The translations under genes were made by a program, and so were the position numbers. A model generated the notes under the pieces. The model was given only the letters and a program-made list of their open reading frames with translations. It made no database searches and was not told the origin of the DNA. Below, piece after piece: positions 25,650-40,528 of a DNA stretch of 64,000 nucleotides (position 1 is the first letter of the stretch; each line of letters begins with the position of its first letter). Location: assembly GCA_964016885.1 (NCBI GenBank), contig OZ024741.1, forward strand, positions 405,852,001 through 405,916,000, in the 5' to 3' direction. The stretch comes from Eledone cirrhosa. Its lineage: Eukaryota.

Positions 25650-26820
25650 CTTCTACCGATACTGCCAATCCACTGACGTTAATGGCTTCTGATTGAAACA
25701 CAAGACTAACAACAATTCTTTGGGGTGGGGGTATGGTTGATTAAATCGCCCTAGTACGTTACTGGTACTTTATTTTATCGACTCTACAAGGACGAAAGAC
25801 AAAGCTAAACTTGACGCCATTTGAACTGAGAAAGTAAAGGGATGTAACTATATGCCACAAAGCATGTTGTCCGACGCTCTACCGACTACTGCCAATCCAC
25901 CACCCTTGGTTTCTGATTTAGGCACAAAGCCTTCAATTTTGGAAGAGTGAAAAGTCGATTAAATTGACCCCAGTGCATTACTGGTACTTTATTTTATCGA
26001 CCTCGTAAGGACAAAAGGTAAGGCTAACCTCATTTTCGATAATTTATAGAATAAAAGAGAAATGTGACCGCTCGGCAGGATTTGACCTCAGAGGGTCAGA
26101 AAATACACAACAAAATATTCGACCCTAAATTTTGATGAATCTGTCAAAACTTTAGTAACTGTAATATTTCATTAGTTTTCATAAGGCAGTGGATTGGCAG
26201 AATCGGTAGGGCGTCGAACAACATGCTTGGTGGCATAAAACTACGACCCTTTACGTTCTTAGGTTAGCTTTGTCTTTCATCCTTATGGGATCGATAACAT
26301 AAAGTACCAACGCAACTGGGGTTGATTTAATCCCCCTCCAACATTATTAGTCTAGTGCCTAGAGAAACCATTATATACAGATGAAAGGCAAAGTTGACCT
26401 CGGCGGGATTTGGCCTGAGTTCAAATCCCGCCGAGGTCAACTTTGCCTTTCATCCTTACGAGGTCGATAAAATAAAGTACCAGTAATACACTGGGATAAT
26501 TGTTGTCCTTGTGCCACTGGCGGTGGATTGGCAGTATCGGTAGAGGGTCGGACGCCATGCTTTGACGCATAGAGTTACGGCCCTTGCCATTCTGAGTTCA
26601 AATCCTGCCGAAGTCAACTTTCCCTTTCATCCTTACGAGGTCGATAAAATAAAGTACCAGTAATGTACTGGGTAATTGCTGGCCTTGTGCCAAAAGTAGA
26701 AACAATTATTTACAGATTTCAAGGGCTGGGGATTCGCAGTATCTGTAGAGCGTCGGGCAATATGGTTTGGATCATATAGTTATGACCCTTTACGTTCTGA
26801 GTTCCAATCCTGCCGAAGCT
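25650..26820. mobile_element. SINE family A cluster, mixed orientation
   Basis: Minus copies at ~25650-26030; plus copies at ~26185, 26414, 26519 and 26722. Confidence 0.8.
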
Positions 26821-27052
26821 ATTATTTATTGATTTCACATCACATCGAAGACCACGATATCGATCATATCTGAGATCCATAAAATAAACATTATCGAATC
26901 TTTAACACCGTCTTATCGTATTTCCCGACAATGTGTATTTTCCTTTTTAATATGGTATGGTGTAGTGTGGAGGGATTGTAACTGCTATTTCTAGAAGGTA
27001 GCATGACCACATATAAGGTCTCTTGTTGTCTTGCAGCAAACGATTGTGTGTA

Positions 27053-27110
<58 letters not shown>

Positions 27111-27441
27111 GGATCTCTCTCGCTTCTGATGTCGAGTGTCCCAATTATTCGCTTCAAAAAAAGAAAACATGGAATGGAAGAGCCTGCACGTGAAATAGGC
27201 TTGCAAGTGTCTGAGCATTCCCTGCCCGTGAAATAGGCGTGCAAGTGTCTGAGCATTCCACTGACGTGCTTCCTTAACCTAATCCCCGGGAAGATTCTGT
27301 ATATCACTGAGTGTTTCAAGGTGTGGAAACTCGAGCTGCGTGAAATAAAAAGTCTTGCTCAAGGACACAATTTACAGTCGCAAATCACAGTTGTGTCATT
27401 ATGATTATCACAGCAGCAGAACAGTTAAACCTATTTATTTA

Positions 27442-27733
27442 TCGTATATGCCGGCGTAAAAGTCGACATTTGGAGCCTAAAAATACCTCACCAAAACCAG
27501 GGGCCGACTTGTCCACCGAATATAAAATGTGAACCTTTACCACTGAGGACTAAACAGTGACACTGCCTGCCTAACACTCACTGTACACCACTTACCATAA
27601 CTCTAGCAACCCACCACAATTATTGGGGAGCGTGTCTTCTTATCCGGCGAACATAGGCCTAAACCTTATTTACACCTCAGAATTTTAGTGGTCGACCTAT
27701 GCTCCGGATCGACTTGTACGCCGGCATATACGG
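27442..27733. mobile_element. pogo/Tigger-like (Tc1-mariner) MITE
   Basis: TIRs cgtatatgccggcgtaaaagtcga / tcgacttgtacgccggcatatacg with flanking TA. Confidence 0.8.
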
Positions 27734-28220
27734 TATTTATTTCATCAATTTAAACGTTCGTATAGAGCTAGTAAGCCACGACTCGAAGAATTATCTAGTA
27801 CTTCTTACAGTTGAGAATTATTTAAAAATAAAATAAAATAAAATAAATTTTTAAATGGAAGCAAGGGAAGCTGTAGAGCAGCTAGAAAGTTCTGTTGTTG
27901 AGTCTTAATCACATACGTTCACTACAAACATCAATACTGGGATTAACAGAAATTACTATACCTTCCAGTTATAAAGTGCGAAACCTTGCCAGTAGGAGGA
28001 TCCATGTTGGAAAACCTAAAATAAGATAAACTAAAACAAAAAAGCACGAATTTCTTCATTCAATAGACTCACAATAATTAGAGGAAGATAGAAGAAGACG
28101 TTGGAAGGAGGAGGATGAGAAAAATATTTCACAATAAAATAATTGATGGAATATTTTTTCAAACAAATTTCGTAGAGAATTGCTTTAAGGAAATATAATT
28201 CAAATTATTATAAAAACAGA

Positions 28221-28306
<86 letters not shown>

Positions 28307-28544
28307 GACACACACACATATAAATACACACATTACATATATATATATACGTGTGTGTGTATGTAAGGATTAACATCGATATACGGTGATTAACACAATA
28401 CACACACACACGAACATATGCGCACACACACACATACATACACACACAAACACATACACACACACACGCATATATATATATATAGACAGGCGAAGGATAT
28501 CGATGTAAAAGGACATAGGAAAATCTGCTTCGTAGAATAAAGAC

Positions 28545-28634
28545 GTATCTGAGGACCTTGCGATTTTCAGAGTCAGGTTCGATCATCACATCGATCGTGC
28601 CTCGAGCTGGTCGCCAGAGAAACGATTGTAATAT
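28545..28634 (+). ncRNA. Type I HHR-like motif with long stem II
   Basis: gtat-CTGAGGA-ccttgcga..tcgccaga-GAAA-cgattg-TA-atat, ~50 nt upstream of (TA)n. Confidence 0.55.
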
Positions 28635-28880
28635 ATCCAATAAATTCCATTCGTTGCAACACTGATTCTCTTTTTTTCTGTGATATATATATATATATCA
28701 GGAAAGAACCAGTTTTAAACTAGTTAGACCATAACTCAACAGAGTGCTCAATAATTGGGGAAGTAGAGTATGGCTATATTATAAAGAGTAGGGGTGACAG
28801 CTGCGCCTGGAACTAGCTGTTCAAACGGCAAGAGCTCAGCAGTTGGGCTCCGACATTCTGTTATATATATATATATATAT

Positions 28881-29044
28881 AAACACGTTTATATGTATAA
28901 TAAAGCCAAAACAATGCAGGTATGGACATAGAATAAAGAATGCAAATGCAAAAGATAGTGTTGACAATTAGTCTTTTACCTTAGATTTATTCTATGTCCA
29001 TACCTGCATTGTTTTGGCTTTATTATACATATACAAACGTTTAT
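28881..29044. repeat. Small inverted-repeat element between (TA)n tracts
   Basis: tatgtataataaagccaaaacaatgcaggtatggacatagaataaa and its reverse complement. Confidence 0.85.
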
Positions 29045-29083
29045 ACCTCATTACACAATGCTTCAAGTGAACTATAACCTCCT

Positions 29084-29171
<88 letters not shown>

Positions 29172-29333
29172 TATATATGAGTCCTGGGTTCAATCAGGGG
29201 TAACCACAGTTAGTAAGTTAGTTACTCAATACATTACTAGAGTGTAAACATCATGTTTAATATAGAAATGGATTCACTACCTTCCCCCAACCACCAGAAA
29301 ACATATGAATACAACAATTTTACAATGACAGTC

Positions 29334-29385
29334 GGCTTTCCTGATGAATTCTTTTGAATGAAACAATTCTAGTCCTGTAGAAGCC
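29334..29385 (+). ncRNA. Type I hammerhead ribozyme
   Basis: ggctttc-CTGATGA-attc tttt gaat-GAAA-ca attctagtcc tg-TA-gaagcc. Confidence 0.7.
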
Positions 29386-29404
29386 ATTTCACTCAAGATA
29401 GAGT

Positions 29405-29830
29405 TGCTACTTCTACTAATTCAGAGATCACAGCTCCAATACTATGGACATGTGGTTAGAATGTCTCAGGAAAGACTCACTGGACAGATTTTACTGGCAA
29501 AACCAAAAGGTAAGAGACCCAGAGGTAGACCCCGAGCAGGATCATTGGATAACATCCATGAGCTTGGTTGGTCTTGTTTGGGGATCCAGTCGCATCAGTT
29601 GGAGACGGTTGCTTCTGATAGGTCCCACTGGGGGAGTGCTTGAGGACTCTTCCCCCAGGACCCTCTCAGGAATAAGTGGGCGAAGAAGATACTGAGGTTA
29701 GCTGGACATTCTCACCGACACCCAGAGTTGACACTGGTCTGTTGGAGACGCAGGACATGGCAGCGATAATGAGGGACAGAGACTGCTGGAGAGAACTCGT
29801 CCATGGATCTCGGGAATTTTACCCGTCCTA
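29405..29830 (+). mobile_element. Two RTE-like LINE 3' fragments
   Basis: QRSQLQYYGHVVRMSQERL..RPRGRP; then DTGLLETQDMAAIMRDRDCWRELV. Confidence 0.75.
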
Positions 29831-30589
29831 TATATATATATATATATATATATATGAGGGTGTTAAAGTTTGCTTGAAGCATTGTGAAATGTGTAAAATA
29901 CGTAGTTAAGAAAGCCACAACAATGCAGAGGGAAATCTCGAGGTAGGAAGTGAAAGATAGATAGGAAAAACAGGTGAAAGTGAAAATTGAGAGAGACAAA
30001 GATGAAAACAAAACAAAGGTAGAAGGGTTACCGTAGTGGAGATTTAATCCCAATATTTCGGGCTCACGCCCATCAACGGGGGAAAGTTCCAAAAGGGGGG
30101 AAACAGGCCAAGCGGAGAAAGTTGTGATGTCGTTAAGACAGGAATGCCGTTATGGGGAGAAAATTATTTAAAATTTAAACGAAGGAAAGAATGCGCGTAC
30201 GCGTGATAGGCTGTGGCAAAAGCTACTGACCAAATGGGTTAAATCAAGAGGGTGCGCTAGCGTGTGAAAGCCGTAAGATATGTGTGTGTAAATATATATG
30301 TGTGTGTAACTGTGTGTGTATAAGTGTAAGTGTGTATATGTGTGAGTGTGTGTGTGTGTGAAAGATAGTGGGCTGTAGAAGCTGGAAATCAAAGGGTGTG
30401 AAAGGTGGTAGGTTGTAAGACATGTGTGCGTGTATAAATATAGATGTGTGTGTGTAAGCGTATGGGTATACATGTGTGTGTAACTGTGTGTGTATATGTG
30501 TGAGTGCGTTTGTGTGTGAAAGATAGTGGGCTGTAGAAGCTGGAAATCAAAGGGTGTGAAAGGTGGTAGGTTGTAAAAAGAAGCCAAAA

Positions 30590-32297
30590 GAGGGAGCAGA
30601 TCCACTATCCGGTCTTTGCGAGACCAGGATGGACGAGTGATCCTTGAACCTAAGCAGATGTGCGAGGCTTTTCAAAAGCACTTTGCCGGATTGTTCGGAA
30701 GGGGCGGGGAGCCGGTTGGGGATGTGGACTTCGGTCCAGTCCTCGACGGCCTGCCGCGTCTCTCGGACAGGGAGGCGAAGTCCTGTGAGGAGCCGATTTC
30801 AGCCGCTGAGATAGAGGACGTGCTGAGCCAATGCGGCAAACGCAAATCGTCGGATCTCGATGGTCTTCCATACGAACTATATCTAGCTATGCCGGACTTG
30901 TTCCCCGATCTCCTCGAGGCAGTCTACTGCAACTGGCAACAGAACGGGAGAATTCCCTGTGCTGTGACCAAGGGCGTAGTCAACTGGCGTGAGATAACGA
31001 ACAGGGTGTTTGCACTGACCCAGAAGTGGGGCGAGTGCAAACTGTCCCTGAAAGGTAGGGCGGAGGTGGAGAACACTTATATAGCGTCCGTCATCTACTA
31101 CCGCCTGACCGTTGTGCCTTGCCCAAGGGAAACGCTCGCCAAAATGGAGTGCGCACTCTTCCAATTCCTTTGGAAGAAGCGGGCTCCTATGGTGAGGAGA
31201 TCCATCTGCTGTCAACACCCTTCGAAAGGAGGGCTGGGGAGGCCGTGGTCAACCGGTGTGGGCCCCGTTTGTGAGACGAGCCTTTCCCAGACTCGTCTCA
31301 CTCACCGAGCTGCAATCCTGGGTCAAGCAAAGACCGAGAAAACTGGGCGCCTGGCACACGGAGTGTGCCCAGCCGCTCACGACTCTCTGGCAGGCGGACC
31401 CGGCTGTCAGTGGAGAATCCACCTCGTCATTCTATAGAGGGCTGGTGGTTAGCAGGTGCGACGACGCCCTCGGAGAAGCCCTAGGCATGGAGGAAGACGA
31501 ACTGGCTAACCTGTTCGGTAGGACATTCAGCCCGGGACCCATGGACAACTTCCAGAGGTCCCTGGCCTGGCAATGCTACAGAAGGCTCTGCCCGTTCGAG
31601 AAAGTCTCTACAGACACGGGCGCCCGGGTAGGGACCCCTCGAAAAAGATCTGTCCGAGATGCGTGTGCGACGAGGAAACCGTTGCACACGCATTGGTACA
31701 CTGTTCGGGCATTGCCGATCCGGTTGACCACCGAGTCTATTGTAACGATCAAGCCGCCTCCCCTCTTCAAAAACGAAGAAGAGGCGGTGTTTCTGTGCGT
31801 AATAGCCATGGCGAAAGAGGTTGTATGGTGGACGCGTCTGAAAGGACTGAGGTCAGACACCTTTCTCTCTGGCCAACAACTGGTCCGTTTCTTCCGATAT
31901 CATTTCGGAAGAAGGATCAGGATGGAGAGAGAGGTGCTGCACCCCAGCCGTTTTTATGAAAGATGGGTGAAAGTGGCGAGAATGGCCCGTGTGAATGGGC
32001 CTTCACTCTACATCAGACTATAGGTGAGGAAGATGAAAGACCAAGGGAGCACCCCCTCTCTGTGCTCCCGAGGAAAAGGGTTGCACACTTTTTTTCGGGG
32101 GTGTGTGCAACCCCCTCCCCTCCCCAAGGCGCCTCCTCTCTATTGAGGACTTTGTTATAAATTTTATTTTTTGTTATATTTTATTTTATTTTTATATATT
32201 GTTATTGCCTCCTCCCTATTGAGGACGGCTTGTTTTGTAAACTCCCCCCATTGTACTTGTCCCACTTGTGATGCCCTGGTGGCAAATAAAAGAAACA
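30590..32297 (+). mobile_element. L1/Tx1-type LINE, 5'-truncated, RT core deleted
   Basis: QMCEAFQKHF..DLDGLPYELY matches ORF2 at 63760-64000; SLKGRAEV, SKGGLG, CCHC CPRCVCDEETVAHALVHC; AATAAA followed by (TA)n. Confidence 0.85.
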
Positions 32298-32317
32298 TAT
32301 ATATATATATATATATA

Positions 32318-33315
<998 letters not shown>

Positions 33316-33423
33316 TTTACACATACACCAATTAAACAAAGTCACAGGTATATATGTGTTTTGGCAACTTTTCACGATGTGGCTCAATGGAGAATTAATA
33401 AATTAATCAGAGTGAAATACTAT

Positions 33424-34026
33424 AGAGTAAAGCATGTCCAGAGAATTATTTGATAATATATGTACATCATCTCTACTCCCAATCAGCATAATTAACCACA
33501 TAAAAAATCAATTAGACCAGGCTATAAGAATAAAAGGCATCTATGAAGAAACAGTAAATAAATACGCCATTGTGGCGTCTTCGCGTGCAACCGCTATAGA
33601 ATATTTACCCAACATTTCAACAGCACGTGGAAATTAATTAAATATACGGTCAACCATACATAATTAGGTAAAAATGAATGTTAGAAATGCTTATATATAT
33701 ACCAGGATTAAATCACTAAATCCCGACCCTTGGGTTTCGCTCACTTTTGAGATACCTTATTTAAGGTTCATACTCGAGTTTAGAGCTCTTCAGGGGATAA
33801 ACTCGCTAGGACATATTATTTTCCGAAGTGGCCCCCGCCAAACACGAATTCAAAATGGTTGAGAACTGCACGCGAAGACGCCACAATAGCGTATTTATTT
33901 ACTGTTTCTTCATAGATGCCTTTTATTCTTATTGCCTGGTCTAATTGATATTTTGTGTGGTTAATTATGCTGATTGGGAGTAGAGATGATGCATATATAT
34001 TATCAAATAATTCTCTGGACATGCTT

Positions 34027-34032
<6 letters not shown>
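33424..34032. mobile_element. Inverted-repeat element (arms ~33424-33589 and ~33867-34032) with an HHR in the spacer
   Basis: Arms are reverse complements, which is why the ORF track shows the same MSRELFDNI peptide on both strands. Confidence 0.9.
33720..33798 (-). ncRNA. Canonical type I hammerhead ribozyme
   Basis: atccc-CTGAAGA-gctc..gagc-GAAA-ccc aa ggg-TC-gggat; GUC triplet. Confidence 0.88.
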
Positions 34033-34088
<56 letters not shown>

Positions 34089-34101
34089 ATATATATATAT
34101 A

Positions 34102-34710
34102 TACAAATATAAATTAGCGAGAATCGTATTTCAGCTCAGGAATTAACGAAAATCAACGTCCGATATGTGTGGCAAGCGCTCGATGATTCATGTGAATCAG
34201 AGCTACAACATACGTTAAGGGCCAAACACACTGAGATGATGGTTAAACATATCATCCGCACAGCCAAAACAAACGACCAAGTAATTCGTGTCAAACAATA
34301 AAAATATATGTGTTGATAATTTACCAGGACCCTGGACTGTTGGTAAAATCCAGTATTTGGTTTCTGCGACTCCAAAATCAGGTACTGTCCGCCTACATAA
34401 AGAATGTTAGGCTTCTGGTAAGATGATTGAACAAGGAAGCCGTGTTATCAACGGGTTTTTGCTCCAAGTGTGGCTATTATTGACCCCACGTGGAGTTCAG
34501 CAAGGGAGGCAACACTTATATTAGGCAAATGATTCAGTTGTGTATAATATTGCGAGAATGCAAAATATCACAAATCGAATAAAGCTCTCGACAGAATGGT
34601 TAAATATAACAGAGCTATTCAACAGTCAATAGAAGCAACTAAAAAATCAATAAAATTAACTGCTCAATAGCTAGACTCTGGAGATTAATACAAATATAAA
34701 TTAGCGAGAA
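34102..34710. mobile_element. (TA)n-associated element with a ~21-bp terminal direct repeat; fragments at ~1228-1288 and ~18720-18935
   Basis: tacaaatataaattagcgaga at both ends; aaattagcgagaatcgtatttc.gct.aggaattaacgaaaa shared with 1228. Confidence 0.65.
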
Positions 34711-34771
34711 AAAAAAAAAAAATATATATATATATATCTTCTTCGCCCACTTATTCCTTATTCCTATATAT

Positions 34772-35105
34772 GTGGAGGCGCATGGCTTAGTGGTTAGACC
34801 ATTGGGCTTGCAAATGGGAGGTTGTGAGTTCGATTCTCAGACCGTATGATGCGTTATGTCCTTGAGCAAGACACTTTATTTCACCTTGCTCCAGTTTACT
34901 CAGCTGTAGAAACGAGTTGTGACGTCACTGGTGTCAAGCTGTATCGGTCAGTGCCTTTCCCTTGGACAACATCAGTGGCGTGGAGAGGTGAAACTGGTAT
35001 ATATGGGCGACTGCTGGTCTTCCACAAAACCAACCTTGCCCAGGCTTGTGCCTCGGAGGGAAACTTTCTAGGTGCAAAACCATGGTCATTCATGACCGAA
35101 TGTGG
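34772..35105 (+). mobile_element. tRNA-derived SINE family B
   Basis: A box tggcttagtgg, B box gttcgattc, then gtccttgagcaagacactttatttcac. Confidence 0.8.
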
Positions 35106-35111
35106 CCAAAG

Positions 35112-35157
<46 letters not shown>

Positions 35158-35428
35158 GCGTGTATATAACCAGTCGTAAGTGGAATGTTTTGTTACATTC
35201 AATTTGTTCTATATTTCTATAGTTCTATATGTGGTTGTTAATGCTACATAGTTAGGAACCTCATATTAAACAACTATAATGAATGCCTAATATTTTGCTT
35301 GTCCATGTTTATGAGAGTAGGGTGGGATTATACATAGATTTGATTGTGATTGCTTACAGTCCGGGTGATGACAGCCAGGTTTCATTCTTAGCTTAAATAA
35401 CAGATATTATATATATATAATATATATA

Positions 35429-35620
35429 GGGCGGTGAATTGGCACTATCGGTAGAGGGTTGGACGCCATGCTTTCTAGCATAGTTACGTCCCTTTACGGT
35501 CTGAGTTCAAATCCCGCCGAGGTTAAATTTGTCTTTCATCCTTACAGGGGTCGATAAAATAAAGTACCAGTAATGTACTGGGTAATTGATGGCCTTGTGC
35601 CAAAAGTAGAAACAATTATA
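35429..35620 (+). mobile_element. SINE family A
   Basis: Full head and body present. Confidence 0.85.
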
Positions 35621-35785
35621 TATTTGGGATAACATGCTATCGTCATAGGTAATCCAGTCAGAGGTTGTGAGTACTCTGTACTATGGATAGTTTTAACGTA
35701 CGGCGTTGTTTGACTCAACAAGAGGTTTCCTTAGTTAAGCTGCGAGTTTGTGAGAATTCTCATGCAGGTCCTTATTGGAGTAATA

Positions 35786-36050
35786 ATAGTGAAAGAGTGA
35801 AGAATAACATAGTCGGCTGTACAACAAGGGTTTTATTTACAGCATTAACAACTGATTCATTGATCAGGAGAGTCTAAATGCCAGTATTCCGATGATTTGA
35901 TCAGAGACGCACATTGTATTTATGGTCGAGTGACGCAACTTCGAGTGATTAGCGGACTTTAGACTCACCTGATCAATGAAACAATTGTTAATACTGTAAA
36001 TAAAAAACTTTTTGTACAGCCGACCATGTTATTCTTCACTCTTTCACTAT
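35786..36050. mobile_element. Inverted-repeat element (arms ~35786-35878 and ~35958-36050)
   Basis: Arms are reverse complements; the right arm ends at (TA)n. Confidence 0.85.
35882..35996 (+). ncRNA. Variant type I HHR with long stem II
   Basis: cagtatt-CCGATGA-t-ttgatcag..ctgatcaa-t-GAAA-caattg-TT-aatactg; 7-bp stem I, 8-bp stem II. Confidence 0.65.
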
Positions 36051-36063
36051 ATATATATATATA

Positions 36064-36129
<66 letters not shown>

Positions 36130-36480
36130 TGTATATATATACACTGTATATATATATAACGAAGGAAGTGTGGTAAGGAACCAGGTGGACCATAACGCAC
36201 CAGAGTACTCAATACTTTGGGTAGTAGAGTGGGTAATAGGAAAATGTTCAAGACCCCGACGGCAGAGCTCAAGGCGTTTCGACGGCTATTTCTGGATTAA
36301 ATTAGATTTTTAGCGTAGTAGAATTTAATTGTGTTTACAAGAAATGTTGACCAATCCTTTTGACAACCTTAATCTTCAGAAATGCATCATTATCGCACGC
36401 CCATATAAGGAATTACCCCTTGAAAAGTTCGGCTATTTACTACCACGCTAAAAATCTAATTTAGTCCAGAAATCGCCGTC

Positions 36481-37324
36481 TAAGAGCAGCCTTCAGGGAA
36501 AATCCCTTCATAGTACCTTCTTTGAGAAAACTGAATTTAGAGATCCACAGACATGGAACTGGTTGAGAAGAGGAGACCTTAAAAAGGCTACAGAAGGAAT
36601 GTTAATGGCTGCGCAGGAGCAGGCCCTCAAAACGAAGTGGTTGAAACACCATATTTACAAGGAGGAGGCTAGCCCACTGTGCAGGATCTGTGGAGAGAGA
36701 GAGGAGACTGTGGCTCACATTGTATCCGAGTGTAAACACCTAGCCCAGACCCACTATAAGGGCTGGAGACATGATGTGATGGGCAGGGTGATCCACTGGC
36801 ACCTGTGCAAAGTAAACATTTACCACATTCTGAGAAATGGTATGAGCATAGGCCAGAGGCGGTGATGGAGAACGATCAGGTGAAGGTGCTGTGGGATTTT
36901 AGGATACAGACGGACAAGAAACTGGAACACAATAGACCTGACCTGGTGGTTGTGGACAAAGAAAAAAGATCGTGTCTGATTGTGGATGTGGCCTGCCCAT
37001 TCGACACGAGAGTGCAAGAGAAGGAGAGGGAGAAAATTAACCGATACCAGGACTTAAAGTGGGAGGTAAAAAGGATTTGGAACTGCCATGAAGTCAAAGT
37101 GATCCCGATCGTCATAGGCGCACTGGGGACTATCTCCAAAAGTTTCCAGGGATGGTTAAAGAAAATCGGCCCCTTCACGCTTTTTGGAACGCTTCAAAAG
37201 GCATGCTTGCTGGGAACAGCAAGAACCCTCCGATACGTCCTGAATATCTGAGGCTGGAGGTAGTGGCTTGATATTCATTCCAACGGACTTTCCAGTTAAC
37301 TAACATCAATGACTGAGATTCAAG

Positions 37325-37360
<36 letters not shown>
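36481..37360 (+). mobile_element. R4/Dong-clade non-LTR retrotransposon 3' fragment (CCHC + restriction-like endonuclease) ending in (TAA)n
   Basis: CRICGEREETVAHIVSEC, RHD, LWDF, NRPDLVVVD..IVDVACP, K..RYQDL, PIVIGALG; one frameshift. Confidence 0.88.
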
Positions 37361-37361
<1 letters not shown>

Positions 37362-37674
37362 TGTTTCTACTTTTGGCACAAGGCCAGCAATTACCCAGTG
37401 TATTACTGGTACTTTATTTTATCGACCCCGTAAGGATGAAAGGCAAAGTTAACCTCGGCGGGATTTTAACTCAGAATGGCAAGGGCCGTAACTCTATGCG
37501 TCAAAGCATGGCGTCCGACCCGCTACCGATACTGCCAATTCACCACCCTAAATAATTGTTTCTACTTTTGGCACAAGGCCAGCAATTACCCAGTACATTA
37601 CTAGTACTTTATTTTATCGACCCCGTAAGGTTGAAAGGCAAAGTTAACCTCAGCGGGATTTTAATAATAATAAT

Positions 37675-37716
<42 letters not shown>

Positions 37717-38060
37717 GTATCGATCAAGTCCGACTCTGGAATCAATAGCTCGTCGGACCTCTATATATGCATGTATGTTTTCCCCACAATCTCATTTGTT
37801 GAGAGAATTTGGTCCTTTAGTTATTTTGTCAGTTTAGTTCTGTTACGTATTAGTAACCGTCGTGAGATGAAATCCCTGCAGAAATAAAATGGCTGATATG
37901 GTAGAGTGGTTAGAACGTCGAATAGAATGGTAGAGTGGTTAGAACGTCAGATAGAATACTTTATAGTATTGGTCCGGCTCTCAGTTCTCTGAGTTCAAAT
38001 CCCACCCATGTCAATTTTACCTTTCATCCATTCGAGGTCGATAGAAAAATCGATTCTTCC
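37361..38060. mobile_element. SINE family A copies (minus ~37361-37550 and ~37555-37662; diverged plus ~37895-38060)
   Basis: Family A consensus motifs. Confidence 0.8.
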
Positions 38061-38082
38061 TCTATATATCTTTCCCACTTCC

Positions 38083-38113
<31 letters not shown>

Positions 38114-38970
38114 TCTCTCTCACCCCCTCTCCCCCATCTATATTTCTCCCCCCTCTCTCTCGCCCTCTCTATTCTTCCCTGAAAGAAATCTGCTGTACTC
38201 AAGTTTGAAGAGAGATGGGTTCTACAGGCGTAGAATGTTCAAGAAACGCCGTATGTTATTACAGCGTTCCTACGACGCCATCAGGAGTTACGGAACCGAA
38301 AACAAATATAGAGAGAATGCTTTTAATAAATCTTTATTACCCATCTGCACACCAGCCTGATTCTCACGTTAACCTTGAGGTTGGCAATACACTGAGAACA
38401 CTTTGTTTGCATGAATTTAGTTTCAATTTCTTTCCAGTTGACTTTCCTAAAAAATCAAGTTCATGAAAGATGAGTTATGTTTGATGTTTGTGTTTGTTGG
38501 TTTCTTTCAACCAAGTACAACAAAAACAATACTTTTTCTTTAAAAAAAAAAATGTTTTTCTATCTTGAAACAGCGCTGTCTGGCATTCTCGACTGTTTTG
38601 TCACCTCTGTGATATGTTCACTGAGAAAAATAGCAAAAAATAATTGTTTAGTTACGAAAAGATATTTTTTCTTTGATACTGAAGGCACCCATAATTTTAT
38701 TGCATATAAACATACAGTATATGTTTTCATATAAAACCATATTATACTTAAACGCTGCCTTAGTTCTACTGCCAATTATATATATATATATGAATAGACA
38801 TTATCTCGAATAAAGACGAATATATATATATATTTATATAAAGAGAGAGAAGAGGAGAGAATCTGCGGTGCTGAGATGGAGGAGACCACTAACCATGGGA
38901 GTACTCGATATTCATGGGGAGATGCAGAATGAATATAGAGATTTGTAATATCTCGGGAGCGGTCGGCATT

Positions 38971-39059
<89 letters not shown>

Positions 39060-39202
39060 AATAATACCACTACTTCTTCAACAAAATGCTCACAAAATAC
39101 AATAAACCAATCTCAGACCTGCACCAAACACAGGTATGTAGGGGACAAACATTATCAAGTTGCAGCCGTCATATAATGCAGTGTCTGTATTTATATATAT
39201 AT

Positions 39203-39455
<253 letters not shown>

Positions 39456-39573
39456 TATATATAGTAATAATAATAAATTTGAAGACTAAAATCCAAAGAG
39501 GGCTCGATAAGGATAGATATATATCAAATATATAAGAACCGTAGAGCAAATATTTATTAAAATAACAGATTAA

Positions 39574-39624
39574 AGTTTAAGCAAAGAATCGTTGCTTTCA
39601 CCCTTAACGGGATCTTCTGAAACT
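39574..39624 (-). ncRNA. Variant HHR-like motif (CAGAAGA core)
   Basis: Reverse-complement copy of 42911-42961; stem III gcaa/ttgc. Confidence 0.5.
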
Positions 39625-40528
39625 AACAAAGTCAATCTGTAAACGCAGAACTGGATATTTCAAAAAACGTTGCAACCGGAGGAAGACAGGAAGACGATAC
39701 TTTGGTTCATGGAAACGTTCGCTGGCAAAGAACGGGAAAAAACGAATAATACGTCATTAATAGGAGCGGTGAAAATCAATTACGCGCAAATACAGAACCA
39801 CGTTTATGGTATAAAAAAGGTCGTAGACTAATGTTCTCTAAGGGGTGCATAGAGACGTTCTCTGGCAATGAACGAAAAAACGAAGATAATACGTCAATGT
39901 GGAGCGTGGAGAACAATAGCACGCAAAGACAAAACCACGTAAATGGTGTAGCAGAAGTCGTAGACTAAAATTCTAACTAGGAGACCAAATGAATCTCCGC
40001 TACAGAGTTAAGAACAAAGTAAATAAATACCGAAGTAATAGAAATAAATAAATACATACACGCAAACAAATACGTACATACACAAGCATACGCAAAACCT
40101 TACCATAGGTATACAAAACCACGAACATATAAATATGTGTGTGTGTATGCGTGTATACAAATAAATAATTATATAAACGTATATATATAAATACATACGT
40201 ATATAACAAGCGCACACACATACCTACATATAAATACACGAATGTTCGGAGATGCAAGTCAACTAAAACAAGAAATACACATATACACACACCCACCATA
40301 CGTACGAACCTGCATACTCACACGGACGCAAAACTCCCGTATTCACATAGCCAAACCCTATGTACCAGAATATATAAAAATTACAATCAAATAAACGTAC
40401 GAGAAGGTATACGTACCTTCACAAAACATAGGGTAATATATACTTACCTATGCAAATAAGTAAAGGAATAAACAAAACATATACTTAGCTCCCACATCAA
40501 GACGTAAAATATCCACGTATAGATCGTA

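Noticed and set aside
19525-26820. tRNA gene calls from A/B boxes
   Set aside because: These are SINE heads with no intact cloverleaf, always followed by the SINE body.
30045-30090. Minus-strand gggc gtga gccc-GAAA hairpin
   Set aside because: The CUGANGA core and stem III are too degenerate to call an HHR.
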